Below are positions 14,083 to 28,719 of a stretch of 64,000 nt of DNA, piece by piece. Every line of letters begins with the position of its first letter. Within the stretch, counting starts at the first letter, position 1. The DNA lies in NCBI RefSeq assembly GCF_006345805.1, contig NC_043006.1, positions 75,888,001 to 75,952,000 of the forward strand, in the 5' to 3' direction. Under the pieces are notes generated by a model. That model was not told the origin of the DNA, did not search any database, and worked only from the letters and a program-made list of their open reading frames with translations. This stretch comes from Octopus sinensis. Lineage: Eukaryota. Made by a program: the position numbers and the translations under genes.

Positions 14083-14240
14083 CGAGATGAGGAATTCTGT
14101 ACATTATTTACATTGGACGGATATGTGTCCTCATCTTGTTTCTTGTTACCAAAACGTTTCTGTTGATTTACTCTCCAGCCTTCACCAGGTGTCCTGGTTG
14201 AATTTTGAACCCAACGCTGGGTTCTCATTTTTAAGGGGTT
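14083..14240 (-). mobile_element. Short repeat with degenerate minimal hammerhead motif
   Basis: ACAC CTGGTGA A GGCTG...CAACA GAAA CG TT at 14192-14149. Confidence 0.45.
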
Positions 14241-14247
14241 TTGGGGA

Positions 14248-14284
<37 letters not shown>

Positions 14285-14410
14285 TTTATTATTTTTTCCT
14301 TCTTTCTTCAAATTTACTTCCCGCCGGGTGTTTTCCGTACACCTAGGGCAGAGAAGCTCATTGTATGAATTCCCATATTACACACGCAAATTCACAGGTT
14401 ATTATTATTA

Positions 14411-14455
<45 letters not shown>

Positions 14456-14491
14456 TATTATTATTATATTATTATTATTATTATTATTATT

Positions 14492-15978
14492 TCCTTTTCA
14501 CAGCTTCTAACGATGGGGATGTACTAAGGTGTCAGCTCTTCACTACCAGTGGACTAAAGTAACACCTCTTAGTTTTCGATCACTATCCGGAATATTTGAG
14601 CGGATACAAGCAGTGCTGTTTTCTGCAAGTGCTCCACTCTTATTGCAGACCCTATTTGTTCTATGTACTCCTCGACATTTTTACTCACTGTTCCCAGACC
14701 TCCGACAATTATTAGTACCACTACCACCTTTTTCATCGACCACAACTGCTTTACCTCCCAAGCTACCCTGCTATATCTCTCGACTTTTCTTTCTTCCTTA
14801 TCGCATACCTTGTTTTCAGCTGGGTATGCTATATCTATGATCCAGCATAGTTGGCTTTCTTTCATAACTAATAGTATGTCCGGCTTCCTATTCTCTATCT
14901 CATGATCGCACTGAATCATAATATCCCATCGGAACTTTGCATTATCATTTTCGATGATGCTTTCAGGTTTGTGGTCGTACCAATGTTTTTGCTCTGTCAA
15001 GTGCATACTTGTTGCACAGTGTCCGATGGACATATATATTGCTATATTGTTGTGGTATCTCTTATATTCCTTCTGGGCTAGTGGCATAGATTGGCTGGTA
15101 ATACACGATACGGTTTCACCATTTTGTCCACAGTTTCTCAACTTACCATTTTCTTATGTGTTGTCTACTCTGTATTTCATGTAGTTTTTTCTTAATGCTT
15201 GCTCTTGGGAAACATAGATTAGAGCCGCCGTTTCCGGTTTTAAATCACCTTTAGTCACCTGCAGTCATATTTTTTTCTCTGTCTGTCTTATCTTCAACAT
15301 TCCTATGAAATTTTCCATTCATTCTTTTCTTTACTCATCTATTTTCAGTTTCAATCGCTTTCAATTGCTTGTACAGTGCTCTATCTTTGCAATCTTTCAT
15401 CCTACACAGGCCCGACCTTCTTCTAATAATAGCGGTTCGTTGGCATTTTTACAGACCATGCTGTTGTTTTCTTCTGCTTAAATGCTTTGTTCGCATCCTA
15501 TAAGTCCTCTTCCCCCACCTTTTTCTCGGTACATATAGTCTGTCTGTGTCACTTTTTGGGAAGAGTGACCCATATCTAGTTGGCAACTTCTTTGTCTTTC
15601 TGTCTAAGTTCGTCTACTCTCCATGCGATTACCCCTGCTCCATATCTAAGGAGTGAAACCGCCTTGGTGTTGATAGTTTTAATCTTATTCCGTCCGTTTA
15701 ATTTCGACTTAAGTATCAGTCCCAGCCTGCACAAGTACTCCACCTTAGATTTTTCTGTCATTTCTTTCTCCATCAATTTGTCCACTTCCAAAATGCTCAA
15801 GTACTTACATCTCGTCTCTTCCATCTGCTTCATAACCCCTCTCGAAGGTATCGTTAGCCCGTCTACACATTTGATTTTGCCTCTCTTCAAGACTAACATA
15901 CCATACATTCTCAGTACGAACTCCATTCGGATATCAGCACTGAAAGTATGCACCGTATTAACGAGGGAACTGACTTGG
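14492..15978 (-). mobile_element. R4/Dong-clade non-LTR retrotransposon 3' fragment (RT end, zinc-knuckle region, restriction-like endonuclease)
   Basis: ILKSKLNGRNKIKTINTKAVSLLRYGAG; KEYKRYHNNIA; RKPDILLV...IIDIAYP...KEERKVERY...GGLGTVSK...LQKTALL; the 3' end abuts an (AAT)n tract. Confidence 0.85.
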
Positions 15979-16046
15979 GCTTGGCAGTGCCTGAAATTGA
16001 ACTCGGGATTTTGGGGTTAGCAAACTACGCACTTAACCACAAGGCC
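15977..16046 (-). mobile_element. tRNA-derived SINE head
   Basis: GGCCTTGTGGTTAAG (A-box) ... GAGTTCAATT (B-box); no intact cloverleaf. Confidence 0.55.
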
Positions 16047-16222
16047 TGTGAGCAATTATTGAGTGAATTTTTGGGCTTATAAACCTAATATTTTTGTAAC
16101 CTTCCTTAATACCGGATCCTATATTCTACTCATATCAGCGCTGGTTTGCATAAGAGGTTATTGTGTCCTAGCATATGTACTGTCTCTTTTAGTTTTCATA
16201 TTTTCCAGTGGTACTCTCTGTC

Positions 16223-16267
16223 TATCACATCTAGACTTATTACATCTAGGTTTATCACATCTAGACT
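16223..16267 (+). repeat. 15-bp minisatellite x3 (TATCACATCTAGACT)
   Basis: Three adjacent near-identical units. Confidence 0.85.
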
Positions 16268-16289
16268 TACGATCTGGTTGGATCTAATG

Positions 16290-17035
16290 GCAGTATATTT
16301 GATCAATTCTCTGAGGCGGGTAGAATTGGTCAAGAATACCCCCATTGGATCCAACCAGATGGTAGGTCTAGACATGATACGCCTGTTCACCAAAGTTCCA
16401 AATGATGAAGCACTATCAGTGATTCAAGAACAACTAGTGGCGGACACCTATCAAAAAGATCGCACTAGTATACGAATAGAAGATTTGATGGCAATGTTGA
16501 CCTTCTGTGTAGAAACTACCTACTTCAGAGTAAATACTAATATATATCGACAGCATGAGCGTTTAGCTATGGGTTCGCCATTGTCACCAATAATAGCGAA
16601 TATATACATGAAATACTTTAAGAATTTGGCTTTAGGATCAGCACCACCTAAACCAACCCTATGACTTCGATACGTTGACGACACTTTTAGACTCTAGCCC
16701 TAGCAGGAAGATGTTCAAGTACTGCCAGCTCATGTGAACTTAATAAAGCCATCCATACAGTTCACAATGGAAAAGGAAAAAGGCCAACAGCTAGCATTCC
16801 TGGATGTATTAATAACATGCATTAAGCATAGGTTCACGACATCCGTATAACGCAAGCCAAGCTTCACTGGACGATATCTCAACTTCATTTCCCACCTTCT
16901 ATACAACAAAAAAGAGAGGGAAACTCAGTGCCTAAAACATCGAGCAGAGAATATAAGTAGCGATCCTGATACAAACCACGAAGTTATGATCAAGCTAAGA
17001 AACAATCTATTAAGCAACAGCTACCCCCAAAAATA
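16290..17035 (+). mobile_element. Penelope-like element reverse transcriptase relic
   Basis: LDMIRLFTKVP...LAMGSPLSPIIANIYM...*LRYVDDTF...IQFTMEKE...LAFLDVLI...RKPSFTGRYLNF; several stops. Confidence 0.9.
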
Positions 17036-17230
17036 ATAGCCTGAGGCTATAGTAGAATATACTTGCCCAAACACACAAACACACAAACACGCACACAAAC
17101 GCACACACACAGGCACAACTGCATCACTTTTTATTGATTGAAACTGAAAATAAGAGTTTGCCATGTCTCTACTTTCACGCCACTTTGATCATGCCAGGTG
17201 CAAATGTTACAACACGGCATTAATATTGTA

Positions 17231-17279
<49 letters not shown>

Positions 17280-17409
17280 TAAATTAGAGACAAAACCACT
17301 ATTAGTCAAATCAAACAATGAAAAACTTAAGCCAATACATAAGATTATTTAATTTATATTATTTAAATATATAGCAAAATTATTAAAAAATATAATTAAT
17401 ATCACACTA

Positions 17410-17479
<70 letters not shown>

Positions 17480-17595
17480 ACTGGCGTGTATATGGTCATG
17501 TGTTTCTATATTGGTTAGCATTTTGTGTTTTCATTATTAAATATACAAATAAACAAACCATTCCACCAACATCAATACAACTACAAAACCTAAAA

Positions 17596-17868
17596 GGCAT
17601 TTTTTCGATATAACTCGACAAAATCAAAACATTTCAGTTCGGGTATTTCTGTGGAAGTAAATGACAGTTCAATTCTGTTTTCTGCTTGGAAATTTGTGGA
17701 TTTTACATACACACATGAAACAGGTAAGAACAAATATGTAAGGCTTTTTTTCTTCAAGTTTAAAATGAGACATTGCTGGCATAATTTCGTTACCTCTATA
17801 CTCCACAACCCACGGAGATACCCGAAGTGAAATGTTTTGATTTTGTCGAGGTATATCGAAGGAATGCC
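17596..17868. repeat. 59-bp inverted repeats around a 155-bp spacer (MITE-like)
   Basis: 17596-17654 vs reverse complement of 17810-17868: 6 substitutions, no indels. Confidence 0.85.
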
Positions 17869-18223
17869 ACCTAAACAAATAAATAACTACCGTCACATAG
17901 AATTGTAAGAAATATAAAACTGCACCACAGATACTAAAATGATGAATAATAAAACTATGAAGAAACTTCGAAAAAAACCTAAAAACTAACCAATGAACAA
18001 AATAAACACCAGATCACGCTTAGACAAACATACACACAGACACCCCCACCCCCACCCCACACACGTCAATAGATATACATTTACACCAACAATATCTAGT
18101 GCTAACAGTATCACTTGAAGATCGCAGTAACCTCTCTATTTCGTTCCATGTAAATTACGTATGTGTATGTATGTATGTATGTATGTATGTATGTATGTAT
18201 GTATGTATGTATGTGTGTATGTA

Positions 18224-18355
18224 CAGTCTTGACCAAAAGTATTAGGCCACCCAAATGTTTTAGAGTTCTGCTATCTAATGTGCACGAGTTTCATTAACAT
18301 TGAGATAGCAAAACTCCAAAACATTGGAGTGGCCTAATACTTTTGGTCAAGGCTG
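18224..18355. mobile_element. Tc1-type MITE, 132 bp
   Basis: TA|CAGTCTTGACCAAAAGTATTAGGCCAC...GTGGCCTAATACTTTTGGTCAAGGCTG|TA: CAGT terminus and TA duplication. Confidence 0.85.
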
Positions 18356-18518
18356 TATATATGTCATTATTAATTTTATTTCAAGACTTCTTCCCAATAG
18401 AGAAAGAACCGGTCTTTATCCTAGATCCAAGGCTCCTTCATAGAAATTTCAACACGTATGTATATGCGTAGGTACGTAGGTGCGTGTGACGTTTTATATG
18501 TGTGTGTATCAATGTCAG

Positions 18519-18667
<149 letters not shown>

Positions 18668-19357
18668 TTATCTGTATTTGTAAATCAGCATGACACTTTG
18701 CATTAATTTGTTCATTTAGTGGATATTTATGTCCTGCTTTAGACCTCTTAAGATTCTCGGTAAGAAAAGTATGTGTAAACTTTTTACTTAAGTCCGTTTG
18801 AGGCGTTTTGTTAAAAAATTATTAGGTCCAGGTGTTGAACTGGGTTTCATTTCCAATATTGTGGTTATACCTAACTTATTAAAACACACAAACTAATATT
18901 TTTCCCTAAGGTGAGTTTGAATATTCTGATGATTGATTGACTCATAACATTCATTTGAAACGTTGCTCATGATTAAAAAAAGGTACGTATACAACAGTAA
19001 ATATACATGAAAATATATTTATGTATGTATGCATGTATTTATGTATTCGCGTGCATTTACGTGTTTAGGTATGTATGTATGTATACTTAACAGCCCCTGT
19101 TGCTATTTATATAAAACATATTAGAGAAAATGTAATAATTTATCTTCAAGGCATTAAAAGATAATTGGTTTATGTTTTCATTACAGCTTTGCCAACCGAA
19201 AACTGCTCTGAATAAAAACAAATTAATAAGCTTGTATACGGAAATTATAATGTAATAGGATGATAAATATTTCATTCCATCTTTGGTGCAGTAATTTAAG
19301 GAGAAAGATTATTTGATGTGGGATTGGAACGAAATAATTAAGACGCTGTATTCTTTG

Positions 19358-19434
<77 letters not shown>

Positions 19435-19884
19435 GCACTTATCTCTTTCCCCCTCTCTCTATCAATCTAGTAACCTATATAACAGGTACACTTTCTCGTT
19501 ATATAACTATAAATCCCATTACAACTTCTATACATGGCTTATACTATTTACATATGCACCAAACAACATGCTTGATTATCGTGTGTGTTTCGTACAATAT
19601 TAAAATGTAACCTTTGTATTATAATCAGTATTGTACTTGGATGGCAAATTTTCATTGTTAATATATGTTATTAGAAAACACTAGAGAGATAAAAGTGCAA
19701 TGGAGAGGAACATTAAAAACAGCTTTATATATATATATATTAATAAGTATGTGTGAGTGTGTCTCTGTATGCACACATATATGTCAATACAAACTTTCAG
19801 AAAATATTCAATATAAAGAGCAGGTTTTGAAACCTAGAGCTCCATACCTACATGCATACATACATATATACTTACATACACACC

Positions 19885-19965
<81 letters not shown>

Positions 19966-20519
19966 CATACGCATACATATGTGAATGCGTCGGTTAGATT
20001 AAGAGAATAATTAGAATTCATAAGCACATATATATACATATATATACATATATATATATATATTATATATATATATATATATTTATATACATACACACAC
20101 CACACATATATATATGCATATACGTGTATTTGTGCGTGTATTTATACTAATATCGAACGGTGAGACTCAGTGTTCAGCACCGAACTGGGGAAGGGATATT
20201 CTTTCTTTGTGGCTTAACAAGCTACCAATGGTTTCATGTGAAGTGATCTTCACAGTTTGTCCAAACGTGGCACATGATAATGTTGGCACTCATGTACAAA
20301 ACTATGTATGCCCATGCGTGTGTGTGTGTGAGTATGTATATATTTATGTACTTGCCTGGTGAAAGTAACTAGGCATTAGAAATTGATTATGGAATTTTTG
20401 TATCACTGAAGTATTGACGAAAACATTCTTTAAATAGATAACGCTAATGAAGATTTCTTATTTCCTTATTTTCTTATTTCTCATTTCTTATATTCCGGAT
20501 TGCCTGTTCAGGTACCAGC

Positions 20520-20675
20520 TAAGATAGTTATGAAGTGTGGAATTCCATTGATTTGGTTCAGATATAGTGGCGTGCATGGAAAGGCAAGCATGCAAAACTA
20601 CGTCCGGAGAAAATAAAAAGTTGTCAGGCAAAGCTGATGACCACGGGCTCTGTGAACGATGCAAGAAGTGACCGT
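20520..20675 (+). mobile_element. Tc1/mariner-type transposase N-terminal relic
   Basis: YEVWNSIDLVQI*WRAWKGKHAKL...KLMTTGSVNDARSDR, resembling the TGSV.D..RSGRP helix-turn-helix motif. Confidence 0.45.
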
Positions 20676-21372
20676 GTGAGTATATGGCTTATTTTGTTGC
20701 TTGTATCTATGCCATTTAGATAGATTTATTTATCTATCTGTTTGTCTATCTCTATTTCTTATATTTATTACAGGTATGTGACATATATTTATTTTATATA
20801 TTTTTTATCTTTTATTTTCATTATTTATATATATATATTTACTTTTTAATATAATTTTTTATATTTATCTATCTCTATTTCGTACACTTATCACAGGTAT
20901 GTGCATATATCTCAACTGAGCGTGTATTACCGTTTGTATCTGTGTTTTATTTATTTTTCTCTCTCTTCTCCTCCCTTCTGTCTTTAATCATGTGGTGTGG
21001 TGCGGTAGTGGGTATTATTGTTCAATTAGTGTTTTTATTGAGGTTCGGTCTGTCTGCTGCTACGTGTGTAAACTCTGTGATCTATCTAAGTGTTGTGTTA
21101 GTTCTATGATTCGATAATAATTTAACCTCTATGCTATTAATCGAGCCTCCATGTTCTGTCTGAACATGTTGGTAGAGCACTCTTTGAGCTCAAGAAAATG
21201 GGGACTCGACTAATAGCATAGCGGTTCAAGTAGTATCGATGCATAGAACTGACACGACACTTAGACAGATCACAGAGGCTACACACATAGCAATAGACAG
21301 ACCAAGTGTGACTGAACCCAGAACCATGTGCTTCTGTGACTTTAATATATACATTTATATGTTTGAATGTCC

Positions 21373-21426
<54 letters not shown>

Positions 21427-21479
21427 CATACATACATACATACATACATACATACATACACATATATATATATATATAT

Positions 21480-21520
<41 letters not shown>

Positions 21521-21826
21521 ATACATATATATATAACTATATATTTATATACATGTTTATATGTATATATGTATATATTATATATATATTTATGTGTGTG
21601 TATGTATATATATGTGTGTATATATATAATATTTGTGTTTGAGTTCATGATGACCGGAATTTGTTTACGCTACCGTAACTTACAGTTTCGGCAAAGAAAG
21701 CTCATAGAATAAGTCGAACGCTTCATATCATAAAGTAGTGGTATACATTCGATCGACTAAAATCCTTCTTATCATCGGCTCCATCAAAAAACCGCGGGAA
21801 ATAACAGATAGACAAGGATATATGTT

Positions 21827-21857
<31 letters not shown>

Positions 21858-22885
21858 ATATATATATATATAATACCTTTGTATGTGTGTGTACACATAC
21901 GCATACGTATATCTATATATGTTTAGAAGTTTGTGTGCAAGTTTTTGTGCTTGAGTTTGTCTTCCAGCTTCGCTTCAGAAGCAGAGTTTGTTTACGCCAC
22001 TGTAACTTTGCAGTTCTGCAAAATATGGTATAGAATGTGTGCGCGAGTGTGTGTGAGTATGCGTGTGTATATACGTATTTTGAGTGTGTATGCACACACA
22101 CAGACACACACACACACACCACACACACACACACATACATATAGTGATATATAGATAGATAGATATATAGATAGATAGGTAGATAAATACATACATACAT
22201 AAATATATGTATATATTTATGTATATATGTATGTGTAGATGGATGAATGGAAGGATGGATATATATATCTATAAATATCACTTATAGCTTCATTTAACGG
22301 ATAATGTTTTAATCTAAAACTCTATTAACAATTCCTTGCATGCTGTTTTAAATATTGAAACCAAATATGTTGCTATGTTTATCGTTAATTAGCCTCTAAT
22401 TGAATAAACAAACAGCTTTATCTAAATGCACGTTAAGGGATCTTCTTATCATTACAGCTACACGCACGTAAACGCTTACCTCCTCTGTACTGAAACTCAT
22501 TATATAAACTCACGCTTTCTGATTTATTCAGACATTTTACAATACCTTACCAGTTGCACATAACTGCTTATGCACACCATTATAATCTTTTTTCGCGTAT
22601 CTCATTAAATATATTTGAATTGGTGTGTATATTTTACTGCCCGGTGTTTAGTAGCAAATTTCAAACCCAAAACAAACGAAAATAAAAAGACTTTGGTCGA
22701 TCATGTTCTTTTTGAGGATTTTTTTCCTTACCCTCTTGCAGTTTTCCTCTTCTTTCTGTCTCTCCCTCCTCTCTTAATGCATGCACACTCCTCACTCATG
22801 ATATATATACACACAGAGACTTATATAAGTATTTGCTTAAATATTTACATATATGTATGTATGCTCATATATATCTATCTGTGTG

Positions 22886-22927
<42 letters not shown>

Positions 22928-22960
22928 ATATATATATATATATAATATATATATATAAGT

Positions 22961-23075
22961 TGTAGGATCGCGGTTTCGATTCCCAGTTCGGGCGTTGTGA
23001 GTGTTTATTGAGTGAAAACACCTAGAGCCCCACGATGCTCCGGCAGCGGGTGGTGGGGATCCCTGCTGTACTCTT
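22961..23075 (+). mobile_element. SINE fragment (family A)
   Basis: Shares GGTTTCGATTCCC...GCGTTGTGAGTGTTTATTGAG.GAAAACACCTA with 49236-49566 and 34498-34800. Confidence 0.75.
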
Positions 23076-24743
23076 TAAACCGGTTCTAAAATCGGCGTTA
23101 TGTTTCAAACGTGCTTAATAGCGTTTAGACAAAAATGCAGATCAATAAAATAACACTATAGTGAAATCATTAGTGATATATTGATATAAGTCACTAAATA
23201 TTTTATGGCCGCATTTCAATGACTAATTCTTGTATAAGAATAACAAATTTAATGAGTACCTTGTCTCGGTCAGTGTAATCTGGGACTAAAAAATCCCCAA
23301 CAACGTGTTTTGATATTAAGATTAGTAACTAAAAGCTCTTATTTTCTTTTCATAAACCGCGTATCTTCGTAGTGTCCTGAGCAAACACAGAATCGATTTC
23401 AAGTACAGGAAATGTATTTCATTTAAGGGCATCTAAGTTGGGTTTGCTGAAGTCTAAAATAATTTCCTAATCCTTATCTTGTTTGTCTGTCATCCTTCTT
23501 TACCTACTTGCATATATGTCCTCGTAAACAATGAAATACATATTTAAAAAAAACACAATAGAAATACATAACTATGTATATATAGCATAAATAATTTCCG
23601 TCTTTGGATGCTTATGATATATTGAATGGGCTGTACGATAATACGTCGGCAGACGGCAAAACAGGCTGTCTCTCTGACAAGTTTTAAGTGTAATTATGTC
23701 TATCATATACATAACATTTTGTGAAACATTTTGTATTACTATATTTAGAGCATAAAAGTCATTCTGTATCGAGATATACAATAAGTTTTATTCGATATTT
23801 TCTCTGTTATGTAATTAGATACAAGTAACCAACATATATACACACTCTTGCTTGTTTTAAGGCTACTTAGGATAGGAATGCTTATGGAGTTGCCTAGTCT
23901 TGTTTTAACTATGGTTTTACACACACACAAACACACACATGCACGCACACACATGTATTCACACACACATATATATATACATATACATACAGATGGAGAG
24001 AGAAATACATACCAATTCACATGCATACTACGCACACGTAATATACGTATGTATACAATCGCAGCCAAACACACGCACATACACACACGCACATACACAC
24101 ACAAGCACACACACAAGCACACTCACATGTACACACACACGTGCATGTAAATATATAGTCTCATTCGGGTGTTATCACTGGTATGTGTCTTATGAAACTC
24201 ATCCGCCTAGCCAGGCCATCAGACATGGTAATCCGAAGATTGTTTCTTTTTATATCAAACACATGCCTGAAAACCCAAAATACATGTGGAGTTTCTGCAA
24301 CTATAACTGAGTAGAATGGAGTGAGCAAGTCTTTTTTTTTTATTGATTTACAACCGTTTCATTTAATTGAATATCGATATCAAATGCTTTGATATATTAT
24401 ACAATAGTATATGTAACCATTAATACTGGAGCTGTCTTTGACACAATATCAAAGATCGATTCTTCAGAATCGTGCATAAAGCTCATTTGCTGAGGATACA
24501 GGAGTTAACGATTTTTTATACTCATATCAATTTGGGCGAGTTCAAATGAATTCATCTACACATCACAAACCCAACAAAAACAAATATTATAATAATATAT
24601 CAATGCTCATGAGATGAATGTTGAGTTAAGCAATTGTAAGTCAATGAAATAAAGTGACTGGCTTACTCTATTCTCCTTGGTTATAATTGCAGAAACTCAA
24701 CGGGTATTTGTATGTATGTATGTATATACATACATATATAATG

Positions 24744-24842
<99 letters not shown>

Positions 24843-24917
24843 AAGGGTAAAATCATAAATGAGTTTTACCAATTCGTCAGCGCGGAAATAAAAGTTCGTA
24901 GGTAAATGAATATAAGT

Positions 24918-25094
24918 ATTTTATAATTATATACATAATTATTACAAGGGCTTGGCCTGTCCCTCACCACGCACTGAAAAATAGACGTCAAAAGACACTA
25001 TTGCCACCATAAATTCTCCGAGACGTCTGTATTTCAGCGCGTGGTGAGGCGCAAGCCAAGCCCTTGTTATAATTATGCATATATATTATAAAAT
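24918..25094. repeat. Diverged hairpin, ~72-bp arms, 32-nt loop
   Basis: 24918-24989 vs reverse complement of 25022-25094; arms differ mostly by substitutions. Confidence 0.8.
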
Positions 25095-25107
25095 GTATGT
25101 ATATATA

Positions 25108-25144
<37 letters not shown>

Positions 25145-25264
25145 GTTAAACCCTCCTCCTTCTTCCCTTCTTTTCTGAGCGTCCAATAATACTTCATTTG
25201 TTCAACGTCCTCGCGTGTTGTGTTTTTTTTGTTTTTTTTAATGTATTCTTGTTTGGATTAACTT

Positions 25265-25295
<31 letters not shown>

Positions 25296-25971
25296 GTATA
25301 TATATATGGCGGTGCCCCAGCATGACCACAGCTCGTGAGCTGAAACTAGATAAAATATATAAAATATGTGTGTGTATGAACAGAAACAATTACAAGGCAG
25401 CCAGATTTCACACAACCGTCCTAGAAATTAGTGATCACTCTTCTGCGGGAATGTATTCCTGGGAAAAGCGAGACGTGATTTGGAGAACATAAGAATAATG
25501 GAAAATCGAGACAAACGCCCAAGATTTGATTTAAATCAATTATATCTCCATATCACCGACGTATGTTTCAATAGATGCTTTAAAATAACACACTATTGTT
25601 TATATCCTCCCCGATAAGGTTGATGCATTGTTCCACATTATTCATTTATGGTTACATAAATGACTTGAATAACGTCTTGAACGTTTGTCTCCATTTCCCA
25701 TAATTCTTAGGAGTTAGAGAAAAATATATACAAATACGGGTACGTTATTTATGGGGATAAGAGTAGTACAAGATCGTGTGACCTTGTGGTTGCGTTTTGG
25801 ACTCGCGAACATAAGGTTGCGATCTGAAAACGCTAAGCATTAGGTTTCTCCTGTTCCATTTGCACTGCCGAAAGGCTTTAATTATAAATTTTCTTTATTC
25901 AACGCGAGGATGATGATGATGACATTGACTTCGACGTTGATAACGGTTGTGATGATGATGGTCATGATTGT

Positions 25972-26023
<52 letters not shown>

Positions 26024-27708
26024 GGTAGTGGTGTTTGGCGCAGTCGATGGCAAGCTTCAACATCTTCAGGAATCCCTTTTGCATTGGTAGAAATTTGCGT
26101 TCTGACACAAAGGATTTCAAGAAAATAACCTGTACAAAGCCAAAGTGCAGGCTATGAACAGCTATAAAATGGCGAAATGTAATATATGCATAATATATTG
26201 ACCACTGTACACTATGAGCTAGTATCATTCGCTACAATGGAAATATTTCTTAGAATAATTCGAATAAATTTTTCTTTATATATATGCTTTTATGAATGCA
26301 ACGGAGTCGTTAAGGTTCGTGTAAGTATATCTCAAACATATTGGCGGTCATGTACGCCATTGTGAAAATTATTTGCATTTGCTCAATACAGCTATTCATG
26401 GTTAACGAAATTACGTGGAATTCAGCTAATCATATCATCATAATATTTGACAATACGAGAAGATTGTATTTGAAATTAAGGCAGAAGATACACATAAAGT
26501 ACATATTTAGCACTCCTTTAACACTTCTTACTGAGGTATTAAAGTTTCTAGTGCTACGTAATCCTGTATATCACCATTTCATTCTTTTGGGAAATTACCA
26601 GTTTGTCATAACTTAACCCGAAGTATATAAATTAAAGTGAGGTATTTCTCAGTAATGAAATAGAATTACTATGATATGAAATTACAATCCTTCCAAATCT
26701 GCGAGACGGACAACTATGATGCTTATCTATGTGCTATCTAGGCGTCGGTAGCGTTGGCTATTCTAAAACCAAGATTATCTATTATGTATTAGTAACACAA
26801 AACTTGTAGTTATTACCATATTGCCATTAATTCGAGGCATCAGTCACATACATTTGTGTAGGGAAATCGATATAATTGTGACACAGAGACGTAAAAGTGC
26901 AATAAGCCGTTGTATATGGATTATGACTAATGATTTTTGCGAAATATCAACAATTAGTCTTCAACTAACGAAATATTTAATTCAATATACATATATACAT
27001 ATATATATATACAGTTTTGCACAACAGATGCATTTACAACGAACATGTGTCACATTCACGACTTTGTTACAACCGTTTCAACCGAATATGAGTTATATGA
27101 TGTCATTTGCTGTAATACATAGACACACACACACACATATATATATACACACAAACACACATATATATATACACACACCAAACACACCCACACATATACA
27201 CACACAAACACCACACACACCAACACACCACATATTATATATATATATATATATATATAGTTTTTATATATGTATATATGTATATAGATATATAATATAT
27301 ATATGTATATATAGATTATTTATATATATCTATATATATATTCGAGCATATTCTAATAACAAACATTGAGCAAATTGAAGTCATTCATAAAATATAAAAA
27401 GGAACCAGAGACTCATTGAAATCCCTATCTAAATATATCACATACAATTCGTCATGTTATATTGATGATTAAATTTATTTAATCAGTTTATCATTTTGAT
27501 TTTATTAGAGTCAATTCAAATTGACATGTAATCTAAGCTTTCTACCTAACGTCAATAGCATTTCCTTATATGGCTTCTCAAACTGCAGAGTTCACTTCGG
27601 AATATTGTTAATCTAAAATCTGGTGGTTATTACTATTTTATTATTATTATTATTATTATTATTACTGCTACTATTATTATTACTGCTACTATTATTATTG
27701 TTATTGAA

Positions 27709-27775
<67 letters not shown>

Positions 27776-28340
27776 TATAGTATTCGTGTTGTTGTAGTTA
27801 TTGTTCTTGTTATCGTCATCATCGCGTTGTTATTGATATTATTATGTTTGTCTCTAAACAATTGAAACGTAGTTATGTTTGTTTAATATCGGCTACCATG
27901 CTTTTGTTCCATTGCAAATGCGTCTCTAATATATCAAGCAATAACATTACAAGAACACCATCATTCGTCATCATCGCCATCATCATCATAACCATCATCA
28001 TCATCATCATCATCATCAACAGCAAAAGAAAGAACGACTGCTTCAAGAGCAACAAGACAAACAGCAATATCATCATCATCGTCGTCATCATCATCACCAT
28101 CGACAACAACAACAATAAAAGCCCGTCCTAGCCTGTACACATGTATCAGGCAGGAAAATTAGCAGGTACATAAGAATAAATGTGATTATTTCATTAATTG
28201 TATTTTCCGGTAATTATAGGCTTGCGATGATTAACATTCAGTAAATATAATTTGGTTGTGATGAAAAATTTGGAATGACAGATATTTGTTATTTATAATA
28301 CATGATAAAAATTATTCTATTTAATGGTATGCTGTCTTTC

Positions 28341-28395
<55 letters not shown>

Positions 28396-28475
28396 GTAAT
28401 AATAATAATAGTAATAATAATAATAATAATAATAGTAGTAATAATAATAATAATAATAATAACAATAGTAATAAT

Positions 28476-28539
<64 letters not shown>

Positions 28540-28719
28540 CAACAATACTGATGATGATGATAAACCAAGCAGTGGCTCTCATGGCTTCTGATTTTAATTG
28601 ATTGGAAGTGTTATCATTGAACTCAGTTTTCAACTGGTACAAATAACTCTACCAGCTCATCACCTTACAACAGCAATAGCAACAACAACAATAATAATAA
28701 GGAAAAAAGTAAGAAAATG

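Noticed and set aside
26030-26150. GIPEDVEACHRL, resembling a LINE ORF1 motif
   Set aside because: It runs directly into microsatellite and no further homology is visible.
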